Source: Dehalococcoidia bacterium (GTDB lineage Bacteria > Chloroflexota > Dehalococcoidia > SHYD01). Taken from it: a stretch of DNA of 64,000 nucleotides. Position numbers and translations under genes: made by a program. Position 1 is the stretch's first letter; every line of letters begins with the position of its first letter. The notes under the pieces were generated by a model, which was given only the letters and a program-made list of their open reading frames with translations, did not search any database and was not told the origin of the DNA. Below, piece after piece: positions 55,701 through 64,000 of the stretch. Where the stretch lies: positions 2,278,930 to 2,342,929 of the forward strand of contig CBDDEI010000002.1 of NCBI GenBank assembly GCA_965226775.1. The letters are read 5' to 3'.

Positions 55701-58700
55701 GAACGGCAGCGCGACCCAGCCCGGCGACTATACGCAGGTGGACGATACCGTCACGTTCAGCCGGAACGACTTCAGCCAGACCGACGTGAACGGCCAGCAG
55801 CCGCGCAACCAGGGACCGTAGCCATCATAGACGACACCGCGGATGAATCGAACGAAGCCTTCAAACTGGCCTACCTGACTCCCGGCCTCACGCATCTCCA
55901 GGGAGGCCCCTCTACCGCAGTCGTCACAAAAGACAACGAACACGTGCTCAGCTGGGAACACTCGGACGTAACGGTTGAGAACGCCGGAAGCGACTGCGCG
56001 CCTACGCCGTCACCACCGTGGACAAGCGGCCTGAAGACGGGTTCTCCTTCGACGCCTCCATCTCTAGTCTAACGGCAGCGCGGCCCAGCCCGGCGACTAT
56101 ACGCAGGTGGACACCGTCACGTTCAGCCGGAACGACTTCAGCCGGGTGACCATCAACGGCCAACCCCGCTATCGCGCCGCTAAGCAAGTGCCTGTGCCCA
56201 TTCAGGATGACACACGACTGCGAGGAGGCGTAACCATTGAGTACGCGAATCCCAGGCCCGCTTCATGCAGGGCGGACCAGCCAAGCGTAACGATCACCGA
56301 CAACGACTTCGTACCCGTCACCCTCAGCTGGGAACAGCCGTTGGTGAGCGTCGACGAGGATGCGCTAACGGTCACCCTGCAGGCCCGGGCTACCACCACC
56401 TCGGACAAAATGCCGGAGAGCGGTTTCACCGTCCCCCTGTCCGCGACGACGGCCGGCAACACCGCAACCGAAGGCTCAGACTATCGGAGGCTGACCAGCA
56501 GCTTCAGCTTCCGCCAGGGCGACTTCACGCGCACAGACGTGGGGGGCGGCCAATTCCGCTTCCAGGCAACCCGGGACATCAGCGTCTCCATCATCAATGA
56601 CACCGCCGACGAGCCGGACGAGGGCTTCACGGTAATCCTGAACTACTCCGACCCAAGCCTCCCCCATCTACAGGGAGGTCCCGACACTGCGACGGTGACC
56701 ATCGCCGACAACGACCACGTGCCCGTGGTCCTGAGTTGGGAGCAGGCGGCGGAGACGGCCGAAGAAGCCACCAGCCCTGGGAGCACTAACCCCGTCTCCC
56801 TGAGCGCCGTCGCCATCACCACTAAGGACAAGAGGCCGGAGAGCGGCTTCTCCTTCGACGTAACCGTAGCCACCGCAGACGGCAGCGCAACCCAACCCGC
56901 CGACTACCTGCGGTTGTCCGACACGGAGACCTTCGACCGGAGTGATTTCAGCCCGGCGACCGTCAGCGGCCAGCGACGTTACCGCGCGGTGAAGACCTTC
57001 ACGGTACGCGTAACTCACGACACCGTCCAGGAACCCAACGAGACCTTCACGGTGACCCTGGCCTACGCCGACCCCAGTCTGCCGCACCTGCAAGGTGGAA
57101 GGGACACGGCGACGGTGACCATCACCGACGACATATCATCTATCGTGGACTTGAGTACAACGGTATCCGGCTCGCCCTTCCGTGTCTCCCGAGGCGATGA
57201 GTTGACCTACGACTACACCGTCACGAACTCCGGCCCGGCTGTATCGACAAACACGGTTGTGAGGAGCACGCTCGACCGGGGCGTGAGCTTCGTGTCGGCT
57301 ACTCCCGCTGACAAGTGCGCCCACTCGGGAGGAGCAACCGGCGGCGTGGTCGCCTGTACGTTCGATACCCTGGATGCGAGTGCAAACGAGGCCGGCGAGA
57401 TCTTGGTGCGGATCGGGCCAGCGGCATCCGCGGACATCGCCATTACCTCCATAGCCACTAGCAACGAGCTCGACCGCAGTCCGGGGGACAACACGGCCAC
57501 CGAGTTCACCGAACTCTTTGCCCCGCCCGAGCAGGTGACGAATCTGTCACCCATCCGGAGCAGCGTCGATTTCATCGAACTGTCGTGGGCCACGCCCGCA
57601 GACAATGGCAGCCCCATCACCCGTTACGAGCTGGAACGCAAGGAGGCCGGCGAGAGCTATGCCCCCATCAATCCCGGACCTAGCGCCGCGGCTACAACGT
57701 ACCTGGACAGCCAGGTGTCGGCTGGAACGACCTACACCTACCAGTTGCGCGCCGTCAACGCCGACGGCGACGCCGAATGGTCCAACGAGGCGACCGCAAC
57801 CGCTGGGGGAACCACGCCTACGGCGACGGCGACACCGACGCCGCGCAGCGGCGGGGGAGGCGGCGGCGGCGGCAGCAGCAGCTCTGCCCAAACGCCAACC
57901 CCAACCCCAACACCGAGCCCAACGCCTACGGCGACCCCAACGCCTACCGGACCGCAGTTCTCCGGCGTGATTGCCGCGGAGCCCAGCGTGACTGCAACGG
58001 TGGTTCCCGAGGGCACTACCCTGGGCCTTAACGGCGGTGGAGACCTGCCAGGCGGCGTCTACGTGAACTTCCCGCCCACCGCAGTGGCCTTGCCGGTGCA
58101 CGTGAGCGTCTCGGTGAGCAACGAAGCACCGAGCGACGTGACAGCGCCCAGCGGCACTACCCTGCTGCCGCTTGACCATCGACATCATCCCGGAAACGCC
58201 CCTCACCCTGGGCGAGCCGCTGACTATTGAGATAAACCCCACGCCGGAACAGCTGGAGGGCCGTACGCGGTAACCTGAACAACCTCGCCGTGGGCGTGGT
58301 GACTCCCCAATGGCATTGTGGTGCTGCCCGCGCAGGTGCTGCACGGCAGGCTGGTGGTGACCATCGACCACCTCTCCACCTTCGTCCTGTTGGCCATCAC
58401 CGACCCCGGCCCGATCCTGACCCAGCCGCCTATGGGCGATGCCTCGTCCATGGGGCCGCTGCTTAAGTGGACGCAGCCGCCGCGCACTACCTGGTTCCAG
58501 GTGCAGGTGATCCCCTTCAATGAGGACGGCCCCGGCATCAACCTGGTTATCGGCGATGGCGCGCTGGTGCGCGCCGCGCAGTACCAGGTCCTGGGCCCCA
58601 ACTTCGGCAGCGCTGACCCCAACTACGTGATGCTGCCCGACATGACCTACCTCTGGCGGGTGCGCACTACCACGGTGACCACGAACCCCACGGAGGACGA

Positions 58701-59070
58701 CTGGAGCGCGTGGGCGGTGAGCAGCTTCAAGACCCCACCGGCCAGCAGCAGCACCATCACCCCGGTGGCGCCGCCGGCCTTTGGGCAGGTGAGCACGCTC
58801 ACCCCGACGTTGACCTGGGCGAACTCCAACACCGCCGTGTTCTATTACGAGGTGCAGGTAAGCAAGGACTACGCGTTCGGGCCGAACGCCTTCCTCTACA
58901 GTGAGTACGTCCACGGCGGAGCCAGCACCCCGCCCAACAGCTACGTGGTGCCGGCAGCCTTCCCGCTAGAGGCGGGCGAGATCTACTACTGGCGGGTGCG
59001 ACCGCGGATTCAGGGTGACGGCGACCCGCTGCCGTGGAGCGCCACCTACGTGTTCTTGGCGCCGGGATAG
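49744..59070 (+). CDS. Giant secreted kexin-like S8 protease B, same architecture as A but with about 9 Calx-beta-like modules; indels at 55790-56290 and 58170-58320
   Basis: D (VVDAG, 51634), H (NHGTAVAG, 51742), AAGNG, S (GTSAATP, 52267); P-domain; pieces 49744-55821, 56107-58230 and 58318-59070 are collinear with protease A. Confidence 0.88.
53941..55790 (+). repeat. 810-bp intragenic tandem repeat (two Calx-beta-like modules per unit), about 2.3 units
   Basis: (C/G)CCGTCACCCTCAGCTGGGAACAG recurs at 53941, 54751 and 55561 with near-identical intervening sequence. Confidence 0.9.
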
Positions 59071-59169
59071 GGCGCAGGCGAGACGAGCGTTGAGAAAGGA
59101 GGGGGCCTGATGGCCCCCTCCTTTCCTTGGTAGCGTTTTTCATGGGCAGATAAAGTAAGGTGAACTGCT
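57892..59169 (+). repeat. Shared C-terminal cassette plus terminator, copy 3 of 3
   Basis: Direct match to copies 1 and 2; IDHLSTFVLL at 58363-58392. Confidence 0.95.
59096..59130 (+). terminator. Hairpin/terminator after cassette copy 3
   Basis: AAGGAGGGGGCC-TGAT-GGCCCCCTCCTT. Confidence 0.7.
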
Positions 59170-59848
59170 CGTTAAACGACGCCCTCGCCGAGCGCTCAGC
59201 CTACCTAGTGGATCGGGCCAAGGCCGAGTCGCTGTGCTTGTGGGAGGACGACGATCGGGTGGCGACGCTCATGGAGCGGTGGGGGTAAGCGAGGGACCTG
59301 CTCCCAGACACCTGCGCCAAGGTAAACGAGCGTCCTCTGTGGGACAGTGCTTATCTATAGGAAGACGAACTTGCGGAAGAGCGGACCGTGGGCCTGCTAC
59401 GGGCGCGGGACGGCCGGTGCACCGGCAGGATGGTGTTCCCTGTTTTCCAATAGACACCAAAAGCTCCGGTACCCGTGGGCGGTAGACTTGAAGCCAGTCC
59501 ATAGTCGGACATGGCCGTTCCTCGGCAATGGGCATCACGACCTTAATGGTCGGTTCGAGCCTTCTCAGGTGGGCCTAAAGGGACTGAATTGCGAACTTTT
59601 TGCTGGGAGGTCCTCATATAAGGAGCTGGTCGAGCCGCCCCGGATTAGCTCCTCGGAGCCTCAGGCCCGCCGGATTGGAGGCTCTGTCATTCATCGGAGG
59701 CGACCGCGATGCCTCTCGTCAGCGGACGTGAGAACAGGCCCAACCACAAGCATCGGGGCTCCCCACCGCGAGACAAGACCCTGTGCAGCGGTTTCGCCAG
59801 GGCTTTGGCCAAGCGTCCTCTCCCTCAGGACTTCCCGGACAACCTGAC

Positions 59849-60268
59849 TCATCCTTTTCTAACGGCGCTGGGATTGGACGAGCGGTAGCGCCCCTGCACT
59901 ACGTCTCGCAGGGTATTCAAGAGTTGATCCCTGCCCCACAGCTTGGGCAAGTAGCCAATCGCCCCCGCGGCCACCGCATTGTTCGAGGCGTTACTGTCCG
60001 AAAAGGCGGTCAGCATGAGCACTTTCGCGTCGGGCAGCGCCGTCATGATCTCCCGGCACGCGTCGATGCCGTTCTTCCCGGGCATCAGCACGTCCATCAG
60101 AATTACATCGGGCCGGAGCCTCTCCGCCAAACCCAGTGCTTCTTCTCCTTCGCCAGTCTGCCCGACCACCGTGAAGTCATCCGAGTGTTCTAACGCTTCC
60201 TGAAGGCCTTTCCGGACGATTTCATTGTCGTCGACCAGCATCACTCTAATCGGCACTCTCGCTGACAC
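59849..60268 (-). CDS. Receiver-only response regulator (NarL-type REC, no HTH)
   Basis: LVDDNE, LMDVLMPGKNG, GYLPK; ends ~20 aa after the receiver domain; paralog of the N-terminal part of 39091-39774. Confidence 0.8.
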   Translation of the reverse strand: MSARVPIRVMLVDDNEIVRKGLQEALEHSDDFTVVGQTGEGEEALGLAERLRPDVILMDVLMPGKNGIDACREIMTALPDAKVLMLTAFSDSNASNNAVAAGAIGYLPKLWGRDQLLNTLRDVVQGRYRSSNPSAVRKG

Positions 60269-60269
60269 T

Positions 60270-61556
60270 CTACACACCTCCTGGATTTGCTTGGTAGGGG
60301 ACTACGCAGGTTACTCTGGTGCCGACTCCGCCAACGCCTGGCGATACCTCCAAACGTCCGCCCATGCGCTGCGCGTTGGCGGCCATGTTGCGGAGACCGT
60401 GGCCCCATCTTTCGCGCGCTTGGGGTATCCCGATGCCGTCGTCCAACACGGACAGACCTAGGTGGTCGGCCTGGAAATCGAGGGCGACTTCGACCCGGCT
60501 AGCTTGCGCATGGCGCAACACGTTGGTCATCGCGTTGTGGGCGATGGCAAAGAGCAGCCCCCTGATGAGCGGCGGCAGGTCGGGTTCTTCGCCAGCCTGG
60601 ATCACCTCCACGGGCAGGGACGTAATGGCGGTAAACGCGGAGGCGTGGGAGTTCAACGCCTCCGCGAGGTCCCGGCCCTCAAAGATTTGACCTGAGTCAA
60701 TAGGGTGCCTCAGTTCCCACATGGCCGTTCTGGACATGCCGAGGATCGCCTCCAGCCTGGCCGCCAATCCATCGTTGGTCTCCTTGGCCAGATCCCTGGC
60801 CGTCTCGACACCCAGTCCCACAACGTACACGGACTGCGCCACGGTGTCGTGGATGGTCTGGGAAAGCTCTATACGCTCCCTTTGAAGCGCGCGCTCCCGT
60901 TCCATGGCCTCCTGCCTCTTCATCCTCTCGGAGCTGGTGACAAAATTAGCGGATGCCGCTACCGCATACATGACGGCGATTCTTGCAAACAGCGCCTTGT
61001 CGTCTCTTGCCTCAAGGTCGAGACCTTCTCCAACCGTCAGGCTCACAAGGGCGTAAATAACGGCCACCATTGTCACCCATGCGAAGGTTAGTCTGAAGGA
61101 GCTGAAGAAGACGGCGAACCAAACCAGGGCAGGGTAGTACAGCAAGTAGAACAAGTAGTGTTTGAACCCGCCGGCCACTACCAAGCCCGCCGTAATCAGG
61201 ACCAAATCCATAGCGCTGAGCGCGAGCATCCAGTGCAATGTCACTGTACGACCTGACCGGACGCGGTAGTGAACGTACCCATTTAATGCTACCAGCAGTG
61301 TGAGGAAGAGTGTGTAAGCTCCATATGTGAAGAGGGTAAAATCGGGGCGGTAAATCAAAAGGATCAGGCACAAGACGACAATGAACCAGCGCACCCAGAC
61401 AAATAGCGTCGCCGGATATCGCAACGCATCCGCGTCGGCTGCTTTTGGGTTCCAACGGCTCGCTGGAGAAGCACCGGTTACTGCGGCTAGCAGTCTCAAG
61501 GCGCGACTCCGCGGTTTTGAGTAGCTCGGTGACGATGGAGAGTCAGGATTATGCAT
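60270..61556 (-). CDS. Membrane sensor histidine kinase (HisKA_3), paralog of 39788-41041
   Basis: SQTIHDTVAQ, HNAMTNVLRHA, DDGIG, GLRNM; shares LDLEARDDKALFARIAVMYAV-type segment with the paralog. Confidence 0.88.
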   Translation of the reverse strand: MHNPDSPSSPSYSKPRSRALRLLAAVTGASPASRWNPKAADADALRYPATLFVWVRWFIVVLCLILLIYRPDFTLFTYGAYTLFLTLLVALNGYVHYRVRSGRTVTLHWMLALSAMDLVLITAGLVVAGGFKHYLFYLLYYPALVWFAVFFSSFRLTFAWVTMVAVIYALVSLTVGEGLDLEARDDKALFARIAVMYAVAASANFVTSSERMKRQEAMERERALQRERIELSQTIHDTVAQSVYVVGLGVETARDLAKETNDGLAARLEAILGMSRTAMWELRHPIDSGQIFEGRDLAEALNSHASAFTAITSLPVEVIQAGEEPDLPPLIRGLLFAIAHNAMTNVLRHAQASRVEVALDFQADHLGLSVLDDGIGIPQARERWGHGLRNMAANAQRMGGRLEVSPGVGGVGTRVTCVVPYQANPGGV

Positions 61557-63969
61557 TCTGACCTGCAGTATTGGAGATCTCCGTCCCGTTGACCTGCCCC
61601 TCCCCCTTGGGCATCCGGTAGCCGACGCGGAGCTCCGTGAAGATGTAGGCCGGGTTTTCTGCGTCGTCGCCCAGCTTGCGGCGGATGCTACTTAAGGCGG
61701 TCCGCATCGGGCGAACGTCGGCGTCGGCGTCGAGCCCCCAGACCCGCCGCAGCAGATGCTCGTAGGTCAGCACGCGCCCGGCGTTGGTCGAAAGCTCGAC
61801 CAGCATCCCGTACTCAATAGCGGTCAGTTGGATGGGGCGACCGGCGAGGGTCACCCGGCGCTCGTTATAGTCGATGGTCAGATCGCCCAGGACGTAGGGC
61901 TCCGACGGCTTAGGGGCCTCGCGCCTGCGCAGCGCGGCCCTGATCCTGGCCGACAGCTCTGCCGGCGAGAAGGGCTTGACCACGTAGTCGGCGGCTCCCA
62001 TGTCGAAGGCCCTGGCGACGAGCTTGTCCTGGCCGTAGGCGGACAGGAATATGACCGGCACGTCTCTCCTCACCGCGATGTCCCTCATCAAGTCTATCCC
62101 GTCGGTCCCAGGCAGCACCATGTCGAGCAGGACCAAATGGGGCTTCTCCTCCTGCACGAGACGGAGCGCCTCCTCCGGGTCGGCCGTAACCAGCGGTTCG
62201 TAGCCCGACCTGACTAGGGCCTCACGGACATACCTGAGGGCCTGGGGGTCGTCGTCCACAACAAGTATCCGCACCTGTTCCGACGCCCGCCGTCGCATGG
62301 CGCGGGTAGAGGGCTGGGCGGGCGCCACCGGAGAGACGTACCCGGCCTCCTCGACCGTCGGAAGGGTGAAGGTGAACCGTGCGCCCAGGCCCGGCCCGTC
62401 GCTCTCGGCCCAGATGCGGCCCCCGTGGGCCTCCACTATCCCCTTGCAGATGGCAAGGCCCAGGCCGGTGTCGCCCCCCTGCTCCTCGGACTCGATCCGG
62501 GAGAACTTCCGAAACAGGAGCTGCAAGCTCTCGGCGGGGATGCCCCTGCCCTGGTCGGACACTGACACCGCAACGTGGACTCCCTCCCCCACTGCGCTCA
62601 CCCGGATGACGGAGGAATCGTGCGAGTGCCTGGCTGCGTTGGTCAGCAGGTTGCCCAGCACCTGGACCATGCGCAGCCTGTCCGCCATGACCCAGGGCAG
62701 GTCCGGCGCAAGGTCGATTTCGATGTTGTGCCTTATCCCGCCGCTGATGAAGCCGTTGCGGGCCTCGCCCACCAGGATGGCCACGTCCGTCGGTTCGGGT
62801 GAGATAGCAAGCGTGCCCGTCTCGATGCGAGCCACGTCCAGCAGATCGCTTATCAGAATGTGCATCCGGTCGATCTGCGCGTCGATAATGCGGAAGAACT
62901 GCCTCGTCTCGGCGGAGTTGAGCACGGTGGGAGGGTTCAGCAGCGTCGTGACTGAGCCTTTGACCGAGGTCAGCGGGGTGCGCAGCTCGTGGCTCACCAT
63001 GGCCAGAAACTCGGCCCGCAGCCGCTCGATCTCCTCCAAGGCCGTCATGTCCTGTATGGTCACGACGAAGGACTCGACCTCCCCGTTCTCCGACCGGATG
63101 GGCGTGGCGTTTATCAGCGCACTCACGCTCCGGCCATCAGGCACCTGGAAAACCATCTCCTCGGCGCGCACCGTCTCCCCAATGCTCAGCACCTCAGCCA
63201 GGGGGACCTCAGCCAGGGATAGCCTCCGCCCGTCTCCCCGCTGGACGGTGAGCACGTGTAGGAGGTGCTCCGGCGGCTGGTCCGGCGACCTCAGGGCCTC
63301 CATGATTCTCGCCGCCTCCCGGTTGAATGACATCGGGGCTCCCGTCCTGGCGTCGAAGACCACCACACCCACCGGAGAGGTGTTGATCAGGGTCTCCAGA
63401 TCGGCCCTGGCCCGCTGCTCGTCCCGGTACCGGCGGGCGTTGGCGATGACCATCGCTGCCTGGGAGGCGAACATCACCAGCGTCTCCTCGTCCTCGGCGG
63501 TGAACTCCGAGCCGCCTTCCTTCTCGGCAAGATGGATGATGCCAACTCGCTCGCCGCCGTGGCGGACCGGAGCCGCCAGAAAGGGGAAGACGGACCCCAC
63601 CGGCATGGGTGGGTGGAACTCGGGCAACCCCAGCAACCGTGTGTGGCCGTGGAAGTCCCGCAGCCGCAGCGGCTCCACAATCTTGCCCAGGTACTCAAAG
63701 AGGCGCTGGCCCTCCGGCAAGTCTCGGAGCCCCTTGGCCTCTTCGGGAGTTAACCCCGAAGTGAGGAAGTCCTGTGCCAGCGCCGAATCGTTGACGACCG
63801 TCATCGCCCCGTAGCGGGCCTGGGTGAGGTCGCGGGCGGAGTCCAGGACCCCCTGGAGCACCGTCTCGAAGTCTAAACTCTCGTTGATGCGCAGGCTGGC
63901 CTCACTCAGCCGGGACAGCCGGTCTCTCAGGGCCTGCATCTCCAAGTCTCGTGCATCGTCTCGCTTCAT
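61549..63969 (-). CDS. Soluble hybrid kinase-regulator: GAF, PAS, HisKA, HATPase, REC, OmpR-type winged helix
   Basis: SHELRTPL, GNLLTNA, DQGRGI, TGLGL, VVDDD/LLDMVLP/KPF, LTAIEYGML..YIFTELRVGYR; no TM segments. Confidence 0.9.
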   Translation of the reverse strand: MKRDDARDLEMQALRDRLSRLSEASLRINESLDFETVLQGVLDSARDLTQARYGAMTVVNDSALAQDFLTSGLTPEEAKGLRDLPEGQRLFEYLGKIVEPLRLRDFHGHTRLLGLPEFHPPMPVGSVFPFLAAPVRHGGERVGIIHLAEKEGGSEFTAEDEETLVMFASQAAMVIANARRYRDEQRARADLETLINTSPVGVVVFDARTGAPMSFNREAARIMEALRSPDQPPEHLLHVLTVQRGDGRRLSLAEVPLAEVLSIGETVRAEEMVFQVPDGRSVSALINATPIRSENGEVESFVVTIQDMTALEEIERLRAEFLAMVSHELRTPLTSVKGSVTTLLNPPTVLNSAETRQFFRIIDAQIDRMHILISDLLDVARIETGTLAISPEPTDVAILVGEARNGFISGGIRHNIEIDLAPDLPWVMADRLRMVQVLGNLLTNAARHSHDSSVIRVSAVGEGVHVAVSVSDQGRGIPAESLQLLFRKFSRIESEEQGGDTGLGLAICKGIVEAHGGRIWAESDGPGLGARFTFTLPTVEEAGYVSPVAPAQPSTRAMRRRASEQVRILVVDDDPQALRYVREALVRSGYEPLVTADPEEALRLVQEEKPHLVLLDMVLPGTDGIDLMRDIAVRRDVPVIFLSAYGQDKLVARAFDMGAADYVVKPFSPAELSARIRAALRRREAPKPSEPYVLGDLTIDYNERRVTLAGRPIQLTAIEYGMLVELSTNAGRVLTYEHLLRRVWGLDADADVRPMRTALSSIRRKLGDDAENPAYIFTELRVGYRMPKGEGQVNGTEISNTAGQNA

Positions 63970-64000
63970 ATCTTCGCCTCAATAGGGCTGTGGAAGGCCC

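Noticed and set aside
23880-57130. Regular repeats considered as a CRISPR array
   Set aside because: Units are hundreds of bp, in frame and protein-coding (Calx-beta, FN3); no short repeat-spacer pattern and no cas genes.
19100-59200. Composite transposon or integrative element explanation for the duplicated block
   Set aside because: No transposase, integrase, terminal inverted repeats, target-site duplication or tRNA attachment site found.
59691-59852. 53-codon minus-strand ORF overlapping the receiver stop by ATGA
   Set aside because: No recognisable motif and no resemblance to a LuxR HTH; the overlap alone is too weak.

Overview
GC-rich bacterial window. Gene content suggests Chloroflexota/Dehalococcoidia (SAR202-like) and possibly a host-associated lineage; this is inference only. 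I found no rRNA, tRNA, CRISPR array or transposase. The main structure is a modular secreted-protein system. Three very large signal-peptide proteins end in the same ~1.2-kb C-terminal cassette plus terminator: a PEP-synthase-like ATP-grasp/phospho-His protein (14761-18998) and two kexin-like S8 proteases (20115-27432, 49744-59070). The cassette is a Gly/PT linker, a ZU5/GAIN-like domain and two FN3-like modules. It carries a GPS-type HL|S autoproteolysis motif in both proteases, changed to RL-A in the third protein. Each protease lacks an internal propeptide and is preceded by a lipoprotein resembling a stand-alone propeptide/chaperone ending in Lys. Other content: a translationally coupled partner-switching operon (REC-PP2C, anti-sigma kinase, solute-binding protein, TorS-like kinase, with STAS upstream), a single-chain triple Rid protein, proVWX, a TM0106 nuclease-helicase, an lprG/P55-like lipoprotein-MFS pair, two paralogous NarX/NarL-type pairs, a hybrid kinase with a DNA-binding domain plus three scattered fragments of it, and several decayed genes. 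Many isolated 1-2 nt frameshifts look like long-read consensus errors, so 'broken' genes need read-level checking.
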